Positions 1 through 12,479 of a DNA stretch of 64,000 nucleotides are shown here, piece after piece; the first letter of the stretch is position 1; every line of letters begins with the position of its first letter. The position numbers were made by a program, and so were the translations under genes. Source of the stretch: Stegostoma tigrinum (taxonomy: Eukaryota); contig NC_081369.1 of NCBI RefSeq assembly GCF_030684315.1, positions 10,144,035 through 10,208,034 on the forward strand, written 5' to 3'. Below the pieces are notes generated by a model. That model had not been told where the DNA came from and did not search any database. It worked only from the letters and a program-made list of their open reading frames with translations.

Positions 1-2430
1 CCAAGTCAGATGGTTAGCGGCTCGGAGGGTCACTTGCACGTGTTCCCATGTATTTGCTGTCTTTGTCCTTCTAGATGGCAGTATTCCAGGGTCGGGACAT
101 GTTGTCAAAGGATTTTTCATGCATTTCTGCAGTGCACTTTGTTGTTGGTATACAGACCTGCTATTGAGCATTGGGACCGTGAAGGGAGTAAGTGCTTCTG
201 AATGTGCTGCCATACAAGTGGAAGACATTGTCATGGATGATATCAAGATTCTTCAGAGATGTTTGAGCTGCGGCCACCCAGGCAAAGTGAGGAGTGTTCC
301 ATTACACTCCTAATTTGTGCCTTGTAGATGGTGGGCAGAATTTGGGTGTCACAAGGTGATTTATTCACTGCAGTATTCCTAGCCTCCAAACAGCTCTTGT
401 ATTCATTGTGTTTTTGTAGTGATTCCAGGTGATTGTGGAGATTCAGTGATGGTAACACCATCGAATACCAAGGGCAGTGGTTGGATTGTCATTTATTTAA
501 AGTGGTCATTGCGGGCCTTTGTGTGTTATGGATGTTACCTGCCTTTTGTCAGCCCACGACTGAATATTGTCCAGATCTTGTTGCATTTGAACACAGACGG
601 GTTCAGTAGCCAAAGATTCATAAATGTTGCTGAAGCTTTTGCAAGCATTGCCGAATATCCCCACTTCTGGCCTTATGAAGGAAGGAAGATCGTTGATGAA
701 ACAGCCAAGGATGGTTGGATTTGGACACTACCCTGGAGAACCCCTGCAAGGATGTTCTGGAGCCGAGATAACTGTCTTCCAACAACGGTGACATCTGTGC
801 GGGTATGTCCCCAATATACATTGAGTCCAGTTTTGCACGGAACCATTGATGTCACATTCAGCCCAATGTGGCCTTGACTTCAAGGCAATCACTCACACCT
901 CACCATGAATACAGATCTTTTTTCCATGTTTGGACCAAAGCTGGAACGAGGTCAGGAGCTGAGTGGCCCTGGCAGAATCCAACTGGATGTCAGTCGGCAA
1001 AATATTATGAGCAGTTGATACTGGTTAGCAATGTTGGTGACAACTTCCATCACTGTAATTATGATTGAGGGTTGAATGATGGGGCAGTTATTGGCTGATT
1101 GGGCTTGGTTTGCTTTTTGAGCATAAAGCATACCTGGGTAATCTTCCACAATGCCAGCTTGATGTCAGCATTATAGCTGCCTTGGAAAGCCTTGGTTAGG
1201 GGAGGAGCAAGTTGTGGAGCACGAATCTTCACTAATACACTGGAATGCTGTCTGGGCTCATAGGCGTTGCAGTATCCAGTGATTCCAACAATTATCTTGA
1301 TATCACGTGGGGTGGATCGAATTGACTGAGGACTGGTGTTTGCGATATTGCGGACCAGAGCAGGAGACTGAGATGGATTATCCACTCAGCACTTCTAGCT
1401 GAAGTTTACTCTGAATGCTTCAGTCTGATCTTTTTCAGTAGTGTGTTGGGCATTTCGAATATTAAGGATGGGGATATTTGTGAAGCCTCCTCCTCCTTCA
1501 GAAAATTGTGTAATTATCCACCACCATTTATGCCTGGATGTGACAGGACAGCAGAGCTTAGATGTGGCCCATTGGCTGTGGGAACGCTGAGCCCTGTCTA
1601 TCACTTGCTGCTCATGCAATTTGGCGAGCAAATCGGCCTGTTTGGTGGCCAGGTTGAGCCTCAGTTTTATGTATGTCTGGTGTTGCTTCACTGAACCAGT
1701 ATCAATCCCCTGGCTTGATGCTAATAAGGAATTGGGGTGAATTGCCATGCTGCTGCAGATTGTGCTGCAGTACAAGTCTGCTGCTGTTGATGCTGCACAG
1801 CACATCATGGATGCCCGGTCATAAATCTGCAGTATCTGTTTTAAACTTGTCCCATTTAGCACAGTGATATTGCTGCACAATGCAATGGAGGATATTTTCA
1901 ATATGTAGACGGGACAGTTTCTCCACAAGGCTGTGCTCCTACCGCTCCTACCAGTATTTTCATGGGCAGATGCATCTGCTGCCGGCAGACTGGTAAGGAT
2001 GAGGTCAATATATATTTTCCCCCACTTGTTGGTTCCCTCGTCAAGTGCCTCAGCCTTCGTCAAGCCGTGATGTCCTTTCACGCCTGACTAGCACAATCAG
2101 TGGTGCTGCTGCAGAACCACTCTTTGTCTTCAACATTGAAATCCACACCCAGAGTATAGTCTGTGCCCTTGCCACCTTCAGTGCTTCCTACATGTACTGT
2201 TCAACATGGGGGAGTGGGGACCCATCAGTCCAGGGAGGATGGTATGTGGTAATCAGCAGGAGGTCTTTTCCCGCGTTAAACCTGAAGTGATCATATTTCT
2301 TGGGGTCTGGAGTCAATGTTGCGGATTCCCAGGGCAATTCATCCCGTCTGCATACCACTGCAAAATCTGCTGGGTGTGTCCTGCCAAAATATTTTTCAAT
2401 TTTAGTGCTATTGTCATAAACTATTGACAA
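1..2430 (-). mobile_element. Decayed non-LTR LINE (APE + RT, CR1/L2 group), running off the left edge
   Basis: Minus-strand fragments read like LINE ORF2: endonuclease 'LLLITTYHPP', linker 'WWWIITQFSEGGG..IPIL', RT 'APQLAPPLTKAFQGSY..WKITQVC..KKQ' and 'GVLQGSV'. Many stops and frameshifts. Confidence 0.8.
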
Positions 2431-4052
2431 CCTGTGCATGATAGAGATCCTCAATTAATATAGGTAATTTCCAAGTTTTTAGCGGTACTGGCCAAGAGAT
2501 AATCATGAGTTCAGAAATGGAGAAAATCTTCCTCCTATTCCTCCAAGTGATGGATGAGGAGTTTTTCACCATGATGCGCTTAATGAATCAATACTTCGAA
2601 CAAAACAGGTGCTGTCTTTCATTCATTATCATTTAATCTTGAGATCTTCAGTTTAGGAATCACTGTTTAACTCTCGAAAGCAAAAACAAGATTTGAACAT
2701 TTTATTCAGTACTCGATAATTGTAAGAAATACAACTAATGTGAGCGTTCTAATATTTGTAAGCATAATTCCCAGCTACCAGCAGCCATCATTTCAATTTT
2801 CCAAATGACCTTCACAGTGGCATCTCGGTGTGGTGTTTCGCTGTATTCCAGTAAAGCTCGTTGATAGCTGCAGGAAGGGTACCTTGATTTCCAATTAGGG
2901 TATTTTGTATTCTCCCAGACTTAAAATGGTGTTTGACAATTCTCTAAAAAATTGTGCGTTTTGTTAGTCATATTACAGCAGCGTACCTGCTCAAGGGCAC
3001 ATATTCTGTTTCATTGTTTCTTTTCGCACATTACCATTCTCTTTGGCTAGTGTACGAGTAACTCTCCAATCCTTCCGTCTCTTCTGTGTTCCCACTATAA
3101 CAGACCTCCTTTTTCGTGATTTTCCACTTTCTGTCTCAAAGTGCTGTACTTTTGAAATTTGTGACGTTTTAATGAGATTGCAGTCCTCGAAAAGTTACTC
3201 GGATCCTTCTTCCGGCAGTGCTGCCTGATCTGCTGAGCGTTTGCAGCGCTGATACATTGCAAGCTGCAGGGAAATGCCACTCGATTAGATAAATGCAAGA
3301 CGTTAAGATTCCAGATCTTTTAAGACTTCATTAAATGGAGGAAAAACTGACAGTGTTAAACAGAGTAATCTTGTTCCTGTGTGACGAAGCATAATCAAAT
3401 CTCCAATCATTAACCCCCAACGTGGCTCATACAAAAATCAACAGCTACTGAAAAATCATGAATGCATTCAAAATATTTAATATTTAATGTAATGCCTTCA
3501 TATTCGGGATTTCCATTTCACTAATCTACATGCACCTTCGTATGAGATGTTATTGACATCTGACTTATCATTGCGCCCTTTGCTACTTAGTAACAATTAC
3601 CTGTTGGAAATTCTCGTGTGGCTTTGTACTTCAACTTGGACATTTCTGCGGGAAGCACCACAAATACTTAAGACCCAAAATTGCGCTTATGCGTGGCGAT
3701 TCTCTGCTCCATTGGTAATTATCTTTAATTCCTTTAGAAGTTGTTTATTGTGACTCGGCGCAGGGGTAACAGTTATTCTTTGATGGCAAACAAATTCGAT
3801 ATATACTGGAATATAATGAGGGGAATTAATTGATGTGACCAATCGATCTTCAGCAACCAAATTGCGAGCCGAAATTCGCTGCTTTAGATCAAGCCGAAGC
3901 CAAGAGGAATTTCACATATCGATGATAATATTAAAGATCTCACAGGTATAGTTAGTGTATATAAAGTACCATTTATTCAAATAACATCCAGCACCCTGTC
4001 CTGATTTAACATGTTAGGTCACCTTGAGCTTCCGAGCAGCACCTGTCACCTC

Positions 4053-4153
4053 AGGGTTCTCGTACTGCAGTGATAGTTTCCTCACTTCTGAGCCAAAAGA
4101 TCCTAGTCACGCAAGCTCAGGTAGTGTATAATAACATCTCTGAACAGGTTGAT
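4053..4153 (+). mobile_element. Short, degenerate tRNA-derived SINE
   Basis: tRNA-like head (GTACTGCAGTGATAG...CACTTCTGAGCC) followed by ATAACATCTCTGAACAGGTTGATT. Recognised by resemblance only. Confidence 0.45.
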
Positions 4154-5054
4154 TCGATTTTAGCAAGACCTACCACCTTCCCGCCTCCACATTCTCATCA
4201 ATAACGAGGATTCCCTTAAGTGGAAATAGGAATGGGCAGCAATCTAACCTTGCCCCTAATATCCATCATATTATTTTTAAACTGCAAACAGAGAAAATTA
4301 CTGAAATTGTTGTGACTACCCAAAGAGAGATGTGCTTGCAAGTATATGTCTAAGATGTGTTTACAATATTTTGAAAGTGGGAGACAAGTGGAACATAAAA
4401 CTTAAGGCAATTAAGTTATATTAAACGAGTCTTAGAATTGAGACGTATGATCAGCCATGACGGACGTCAAGTCCTTAAACCGGGCTTTTATTGGAATGTT
4501 ATTAAGGCTGAGAAACTTCAGTGCTGTGGGGGGAGTGGTGTCATTCTCCTTGATAGATAGGTTAGCAGCATTCAAAATTATGAAAAGTTTTGATGGCATA
4601 AACTACCATAAAGCTTTTGATAGCAAAAACTAATTAGGATAATACCTATTCTGTCAAAGAGTCCGATAACTAGGGCACAGATTGTTCGGAGACCTGGAGG
4701 GTTTTGAATTTCACAGTGGCAATGAGTTCCAGCCTAGCCCTTTGTGCTGAGGACCAAATGTTCGTGCAGATCCGCTGATGACGGTTACCACTGGCATTCT
4801 TGAATGATATTCGTCTACTTATTCTGGTCAAGTAATTCTAATCAGGAAACTGCCACTTGCAACAAGTTAAAAGTCTACAAAACATGCTATTACTTTCCAA
4901 CCGTTCCCATGGTCATTGAACATTGTCCAAGCTCGTTTCTCTTCGCCGTTTCACCTCCAGGTATCGTCAAACGCGATGTTCTGATTTTTTTTGTGCTTTG
5001 AGTGGACTAATAGCTCCAAATATAACGATCCGGACATAACTCTTTTTTATTGTT

Positions 5055-5570
5055 CAGCTAAAATGAAGCTCAAACAGTCCTCATCAGCTCTGAAATAGTA
5101 AAATGGAGATGAGTATAATGATCAATTCAATGGTTCCTGCTAGAAACTTGGTGATCGAAGGATATTAAAGTAATGGTGGCATGAAAATCAGAAGTCCCAG
5201 GATAAATAGTTGCTTAAGTGAAGAGGAATCGCTTGGATGAAGGAGTTGGAGTACTGCCGCCTCAAACGGGACGAACCTACCGACAAAGGAGATTTTTCGA
5301 ACACCGTGCCCCTATGGTGACTGAAAACGAAACAAAATTGCTGTTCTGCTGGTGGAAATGTTTCAACAAGAAGTTAGGAGAGGACCACCAGCCTAACAAA
5401 CTCCCACAAAGAGTAACAACTATATCCCTAGCGCCGCATTAGTCATGTGATATGTTATGTCACAGTTCAGCATATTTATCTGAGACCCATATGCCCCACC
5501 CGACCCAAAACCACTCAGAATACTGACCTCGTTTACAGCGAGGAGCCAAATTTCTCTTCTCGTTTGCAAT
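5055..5570 (+). promoter_or_regulatory. Upstream/promoter region of IgSF pseudogene copy 1, paralogous to 36950-37519
   Basis: Colinear similarity with 36950-37519, including an identical GTGAAGAGGAATCGCTT (5218-5234 vs 37112-37128) and TTTGCAAT directly before the ATG. Confidence 0.6.
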
Positions 5571-5625
5571 ATGTCGGCGTGAGCAGCGGTTCTATTCATG
5601 GCTCTTCTAGTTATGCCTCTTGAAT
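5571..5625 (+). pseudogene. Copy 1 leader pseudo-exon
   Basis: ATG TCG GCG TGA GCA GCG GTT CTA TTC ATG GCT versus copy 2 ATG TTG CTG AGA GCA GCG GTT CTA TTC ATG GCT; stop at 5580-5582. Confidence 0.85.
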
Positions 5626-5818
5626 GTTCCCAAATGCCCTGTTCTCGTAAATTAGACTGTATTTCATATTTACTGCTACCACGCGTTACAAACTTAGATG
5701 CCCTGCTTCTCCAATCCGACGCGTGATTGTTCTTACATCTTGCTTGTATTACCTTTCTGTTGTTCTTCCTACCCTGGTGTCGACAACTGTTATTACTTTC
5801 TTACTTGCTTTCTTTTAA

Positions 5819-6126
5819 TGGTCACGAAAGTAACTTCGAGCAAAATAAATCAGTTTGCCAAACGATTAAAGGCGGCCAGAGGTGACAATGTTTCCACCTT
5901 CTGCACATTTCCCTTTTTGAAGATATTCCCGAAGTAACTTGGTCGAGACCCATTTGCGGAACATGTTCTGGGACCTGACAGCAAAAAGCGATTCATGCCC
6001 AGAAAGGAAGAGGCTTACTTCATGTTCTCAATGTCACTATTGCAAATTTCGGAATGTATTATTGTAAAATAAAACATAAGCAAACTCTCATTGGAGCTGG
6101 AAGTGGCTCGTTGCTGACAGTGTGCG
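5819..6126 (+). pseudogene. Copy 1 VJ-type Ig V pseudo-exon
   Basis: VTKVTSSKINQFAKRLKAARGDNVSTFCTFP /frameshifts/ ...LHVLNVTIANFGMYYCKIKHKQTLIGAGSGSLLTVC then G|GTAAGT. Acceptor reads AA instead of AG. Confidence 0.9.
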
Positions 6127-6464
6127 GTAAGTGATACTGCACAAGGGCAGAAAACTCTTCAGCTGCTTCGTGTGTTTTATGTGGCCTGCGATTTTATGAT
6201 TCGAGGAAAATCTACTGATAGCTTATTCGCTTCACACCATCAGGGGTATCTCTCCCCATTGATTTTGTTGTACAACGGGACTCGATTCCCTTTCCCACCT
6301 TTGCGCCATTTCCTAAGATAATTTCCACCACTCATTGTCATCATGACATTGCACTTTGAGGTTAATCTAATGAGTGCAGAAATGGTTGTCAATGCGTCAA
6401 CATAGTGAAACAGCATAGCTTTTTGAATTCTGGCGTGAAATGTATTTTTGGAATAAGAACAAGA

Positions 6465-6630
6465 AATGGGGATGCTAGAAATCTGTAACAAAAGTGGATA
6501 TTGCTGTAGAAACTCAGAAGGACTGGCAGCATCTCTGTGAGCTAAGGTTTAAAGTCCAGTAATCTTGCTTCAGAACGATTCTCAAGAACGGTCACAGAAC
6601 TCAAAATGTTAACTGTCTTTTCCCTTCACA
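6465..6630. mobile_element. Degenerate palindromic Penelope-terminus-derived short element
   Basis: Left arm ...AACTCAGAAGGACTGGCAGCATCT...CTTCAGAAC, followed by the start of an inverted arm. A further right-arm-like piece lies at ~8950-9030, beyond the Penelope insertion. Confidence 0.55.
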
Positions 6631-6639
6631 GACAGTCTC

Positions 6640-8913
6640 AAAATGTCCCCATCACCCCATTTTTACGACAGACATCCAGTCCCCATCGACCTGCATTCCC
6701 CATGCAGATGGCCTAAAGGCCCTCTGCTTCTTCCTGTCCCACAGGCCTGACTAGGCTCCCTCCACTGATACCCTCATCCGCTTATCCAAATTCGTTCTCA
6801 CCCTCAACAACTTCTCCTTTAATTCCTCTCACTTCATACAGATAAAGGGGGTGGCCATGGGTACCCACATGGGCCCAAGCTATGCCTGCCTCTTTGTAGG
6901 CTATGTGGAACAATCCCTGTTCCAAAGCTACATTGGCCCAGTTCCCCATCTTTTCCTCCATTACATCAATGACTCTTTCAGTGCTGCCTCATATTCCCAC
7001 GAGGAGCTCTAATAGCTCATCCACTTCACTAACACCTTCCACCCCAACCTTAAGTTTACATGGACCATCTCTGACACCTCTCCCTCCTTCTTGGACCTCT
7101 CTGTCTCCATCTGTGGCATCCACCTGGAAACCAACACCACCCACGCTGTCCAACTCCCCCAGAACTTCCAATTCCCTGGTCCCCAACACCTCATTTTTAC
7201 GATGGACGTCCAGTCCCTATTTACCTGCATTCCCCATACAGATGGCCTAAAGGCCCTCCACTTCTTCCCGTCCTGCAGGCCTGACCAGTCTCCCTCCACT
7301 GACACCCTTATCCGCTTAGCCGAACTCGTCCTCACCCTCAACAACTTCTCCTTTTATTCTTCCCACTTGCTACAATCAAAGGGGGTGACCATGGGTACCC
7401 GCATGGGCCCAAACTATGCCTGCTTCTTTGTAGGGTACGTGGAACAATCCCTCTTCCATTCCTAACAGGCCCTAAACCCCATCTCTTCCTCAATTACGTT
7501 GATGATTGTATTGGTGCCACCACTTCACCAAAACATTCCACCCCCAACCTTAAGTTCACCTGGACTATCTTTAACACCTCCCCCACCTTCCTGGATCTCT
7601 CAGCCTCCATCTCAGGCAACCACTGAGAAATCAATGTCCATTTCAAGCCCACCGACTCCCACAGCTACCTATAATACACCACTCCAACCCACCTTCCTGC
7701 AAACATTCCGTACCCTATTCTCAATTCCTTCATCTCTGCCACATCTGCTGCCAGGATGAGGCATTCCACTCCTCTACATCTCAGACGTCCTCGTTTTTCA
7801 AGGACCGCAACATCCCCCCACGGTGGTCGAGAACACCATCAACAGTGTCTCCCACATTTTCCACAACTCATCTCTCACACCCCGCCCCCACAATAACCAC
7901 CAAAAGATAATCCCCCTCATCCTCACGTACCACCCCACCAACCTCCGGATCCAACGCATCTTTCTCCGATACATCTGCCAACTGCAATCTGACACCACCA
8001 CCAAAGACATTTTTCCTTCCCCACCCTTGTCCTCTTTCTGGTGGGGCCACTCTCTCCATGACTCGTTTGTCCACTCCACACTCCCCTCCAACGCCACCAC
8101 ACTCAGCACTTTTCCCTGTAACCACAAGAAGTGCTGCACCTGCCCCCACACCTTCTCCCTCACCCCCATCCCAGGCCCCAAGAAGACAAGTTCACCTGCA
8201 CATCTGCTAATGTGGTATACTGCATCCGCTGTGCCTGTTGTGACCTCCTCTACATTGGGGAACCCAAGCGGAGGATTAGGGACCGCTTTGCAGAACACCT
8301 ATGTTCCGTTCGCAATGAACAGCTGCACCTCCCAGTCGCGAACCATTTCACCTCCAACTCCCCCAACCACCAACTCCTCGGATGACATGTCCATCCTGGG
8401 CCTCCTGCATTGCCACAATGACACTACCTGAAAGATGCAGGAACAGCATCTCATATTTTGCTTGGGAACCCTGCAGCCCAAGGGTATCAATGTGGACTTC
8501 ACAAGCTTCAAAATCTCCCCTCCCCCGACCACAACCCAAAACCAGCCCAGCTAGTCCCCACCTCCTTAACCATTCCCCCCATCTCAAGCCCCACCTCCAT
8601 CTCCGACGCACTAACTTCATCCAGCCTCCTTGACCTGTCCGTCCTCTCTGGACTGACCTATCCCCTCCCTAACTCCCCACCTACATTCACCTTCACTGGC
8701 ACTAACCCCGCCTCTTTGACCTGTCTGTCTCTTCCCACCCTATCTTCTCCTTTATCCATCTTCTATCCGCCTCCCCCTGTCTCCCTATTTATTTCATAAG
8801 TCCCTTCCCCTCCCCCATTTCCGAAGAAGGGTCTGGACCTGGAACGTCAAACATTCCTTCTCCTCTGATGCTGCTGGCCTGCTGTGGTCATCCAGCTCTT
8901 CATCTTGTTATCT
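6640..8913 (+). mobile_element. Penelope-like retroelement (RT + GIY-YIG endonuclease), decayed, with internally repeated RT segment
   Basis: RT motifs 'TMDVQSLFTCIP', 'GVTMGTRMGPNYACFFVGYVE' and YVDDCI (~7495); GIY-YIG 'NVVYCIRCACCDLLYIGEPKRRIRDRFAEH'; C-rich 3' region. The RT segment ~6690-7125 is repeated at ~7215-7625. Confidence 0.9.
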
Positions 8914-9509
8914 TGGCCACGTTTGCCACTTTTTCCTAGCTGGTATCATTTCTAAAGAAGCGGCTTTGCTTCTCTCTCCACAGAAGCTGCCAAACCGGCT
9001 CGGTATCTCTTGCAATTTCTGTTTCTGATCCACGTGCTATATAATCCGCTTTATGTGACTGGATTGTGTTTGATAACGGTCCTCTGGAACACTTGTTGAA
9101 CACTTCGTCACGTTGAAGGAGTTGCACAAATGCAAGATACGTGTATTAATTGCCAAGAGTTACAGTAGAGGTTCTGCACTAAATCTGATGCAGATAAGAA
9201 TTCGAAAATGTGGTATCCAGTGCTGACTTAACAAGGCGAAATTAATGACATAAGTTTTTACTCTTAAGCAAAACAGAGTGAAGATTCCCGAGACTGTACA
9301 CATGTGTTTCTTCGCTAAATTATATTAGTGATTGTGTCATTTTATGCATATTATAAACATTGACAGCATTGAATACGTTAAAATAAACGGGGTCAGTCCC
9401 TATTCACATTTATTTGACATGATCATCGTCGGATATACTTTTGCAGCTTGTCCTCCTGCATCTGATCCACAATTCTCTGTGTCTAAATCTCGCTGTGCTC
9501 TCCAGTTTC

Positions 9510-9632
9510 TTGTATAAATATTTTTGATTTGTAGCAAAGATTATTTATTAATCTATAGATGGGAAGGTGGCATTCTGGCAATTTTATTATTGATAATCAT
9601 TTCCTCAAGAATCGAGTTAAAGACATCAGCTA
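9510..9632 (+). pseudogene. Copy 1 transmembrane pseudo-exon
   Basis: KDYLLIYRWEGGILAILLLIIISSRIELKTSA|GTATCA aligns to copy 2 RIIIGCAGGALAMILIMIIFKILKVKASA|GTAAGA. The 5' boundary is uncertain. Confidence 0.75.
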
Positions 9633-10139
9633 GTATCAACTTATGTTATTTCATTGAATATTTTCAATTCCCAAGACCAAATAATCTTCTTCAAATACAT
9701 ACAGATCAGATGAATAATTAACTGTAGACGAATGGGCAGCACTTTCCCACATCTTTAAAGAATGGAATTCATGTCACAGACGCTTATGTGATAGGCAATT
9801 CAACATGACAGCATTAACCGGATTTACTTCACACCCTCATTCTACCCATTTATTTGATTTACACTCGACTTCCCAGGTCTAAAAATAACAGTGTAAATGT
9901 GTTCATTCCGAAGAGATATCAGACGACCCAACCTATTTCACCTTACTCGCACATCTCCAAACCAGTTTCACAATACAAACAAGACTGTCAATTCGCCGTC
10001 CCACAAGAAGAAAAAGCTAATCGTGTGAGTAGACACAAGGCAGGATTTGAAAAGATATTATAGTCCATACTGAGCTGTAGCTCTTGGTAATTCAGGTCTA
10101 TAGTATTGCTCGAGCACTATGTTAATTATTACCACAAAC

Positions 10140-10650
10140 ATATACTTGAATTAAAAGCACAAGCAGATTATTCAACTCCTTCAGCTTTTCTGCCATTGAA
10201 TAAGTTTATGGCTGACCTGATAGTTTTTAGAATTCCACATTCCCAACTAACCACGGAAGTTTTCATTCCCCTTGTCTAACAGGAATCTAGGTACTTCTAC
10301 AAGTAAAATAGTCAATCATGATACCACCACCACCTACTGAAATAGAGATTTCCAAACTGTCACAATCATCTGAGACAAAAAGACCACTCTCATCTCTATC
10401 GTAAAGAACAATGTCTAATTAGTTAACTTTATCCCATGGTTCAGGATACATTCACGAATAAAACATTTGTTGTATGTCCACCTTGTTAAAATGATTCAGG
10501 ATCTCATGCACTGCAATCAAAACACCACTCACTCTTGTAAATTTCAATTGAAAGAAGCCTAATTTAGTCAACTTATCTTCATAAGGCAACCCCCTCATTC
10601 CAGATAACGATCGAATAAACCTCGCTTGAATCAGCTCAAACGTTTTTAAA
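10140..10650 (-). mobile_element. Old CR1 LINE 3' fragment
   Basis: Minus ORF 10452-10658 'QARFIRSLSGMRGLPYEDKLTKLGFFQLK' matches the CR1 ORF2 C-terminus seen intact at 39217-40119. Confidence 0.7.
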
Positions 10651-10716
10651 TAGTTCATGGTTACATTTGTGTTCTCATATCTTAAATTCAGTATAGGTTT
10701 ATTGTCCTTGCTTCAG

Positions 10717-10760
10717 GCGTTAGGAGACATTCTATGGAAGTGAATAAAGCTTAACAGCCG
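10717..10760 (+). pseudogene. Copy 1 cytoplasmic exon 1 (44 nt, internal stop)
   Basis: CTTCAG|GC GTT AGG AGA CAT TCT ATG GAA GTG AAT AAA GCT TAA CAG CCG|GTAAGG. Same length and phases as 45046-45089. Confidence 0.8.
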
Positions 10761-11199
10761 GTAAGGTGACCACGTTTCTTCACATGAACATCAATTAGGA
10801 TGGAATAGCAAGAAGTATTGCAATCATCTGAGAAGGTTAATTAAATTATAGACTATGGGAGACTACGACGGCAGTACAGGTCTTTGAAAAATCAATTCAA
10901 TCAGCCTACTTCATTACTCTTCGTCCCTATCCCTATATATCTGCATTTTTAAGGAAATGTCTGCTCACTTTTCGAAATTTCAATTGACTCCGTTTCTGCC
11001 ACATATTCAGGAAGTGCATTTTAAAGTACAGCAGAAGTTCCGACAAAATAAGTCCTCATCCTCTTGTGATTTTCTTCGTTCGAAATTTTAAGAGTATCAT
11101 CTGGATACTGACAGATGCACAATTGAAAACATACTTTCTAAAAACCGAAAGAACTATTGATGCTGTAAAATTAGAAGGAAAATATGAAACATATTCGAT

Positions 11200-12075
11200 T
11201 CTCCTGCCTTGTCTGCCTTCTTCAAGGAAATTTCCCTTTGGGGCATTTTTGTCCACTCTTCCTTCACTCCTAACACACCCCACCCCTCAGAGTCCCATGA
11301 CACCTTCACCTGCAACCACCTATGGTATATCACCAGCCCATTTACCTCCTCTCTCCTCAGTATTCAAGGACCAAAACCAACCTTCCACGCAAAGCAGCAC
11401 TTTACCTGCACTTCCTATAAACTTGTCTACTGCATTCACTGCTCACAATATGGTATCCTCTACATTGGGGAAACAAAGCATCGACACGTAACCACTTCAC
11501 AGCACATCTACATTCTTCTCACAAAAAGATCCTGAGCTTCCAGTTGCCTGCGACTTTAACACACAACCCTATTCCCTGGCTAACGTCTCTGTATCAGGTT
11601 TGCTGCAGTGCTCCAGTGATGCCCAGTGCACACTGGAAGAACAACACCTCATTCCCTGTTTGCTGAGCCTGCGGCCCTCAAGAATCAATATCGAGTTAAA
11701 TAAATTTAGAGCTTGAACTCCCACATGTCGTACCCCAACCACAAACATCATGTCTTGTTATCACATAGTCTACCATTGTTCACTACCTGGAGCAACCAAC
11801 AGTCTCCATTAACAGTTATGCACCCTCTCAGCCAGATTGTTATGGACTCATTTGTCCGTCCAACTGTTCCCCTCTCTCTTCAGGCTCTATCCACAGCTAT
11901 CACTTACACTTTAGACCCTCCACCACCCTACCTGCAGCATATAAACTGACATTTTCCTGGCTGCTTGCAATTCTGAGGAAGGGTAGCCAGACCCAAAATG
12001 TGAGCTTTGATTTCTCTTCACCTATGCTACCAAACATGCTGAGCTTTTCCAGCATCTTCTGTTCTTTATTTCTGG
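11200..12075 (+). mobile_element. Penelope-like element 3' fragment (GIY-YIG)
   Basis: 'FTCTSYKLVYCIHCSQYGILYIGETKHR'. Ends in the terminal repeat with a decayed hammerhead motif at ~11973-12003. Confidence 0.8.
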
Positions 12076-12479
12076 AAACATACTTTACTGATTTACTTCA
12101 TTGAAATTTCTTGTTATTGTGAACAACTTTAACCAACCACCCATTGTCTTCCTCTGCCGTGTGCAAAACAATCATAAATTGTCCAGTGTACCCAGGGTGC
12201 ATGAAGTCCCTCGTTCCTGATACCATTCTAAGAAATCTTTCCTGCACTCTCTTCTGGCTGTTTTATTCTTCCTGTGTAAACATTCTGAATGAGGTAAAGT
12301 CGGCAGCTACATCCTTGCCCTGCCCATAGTTTAAGAACTAATCATAGCTCTTTGCTGGGCTTTGATATGTAACTAGGACTTTCATTTAGACTGATAAATT
12401 AGAAAGAAGGAGACACTTTCGATTCTGCGAACTAATAATTCACACTGTTCAAAAAATTGGACATTTCCTGGTGCCTAGT

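Noticed and set aside
1395-2081. 228-aa minus-strand ORF as a host gene
   Set aside because: It is part of the decayed LINE ORF2 spanning 1-2430.
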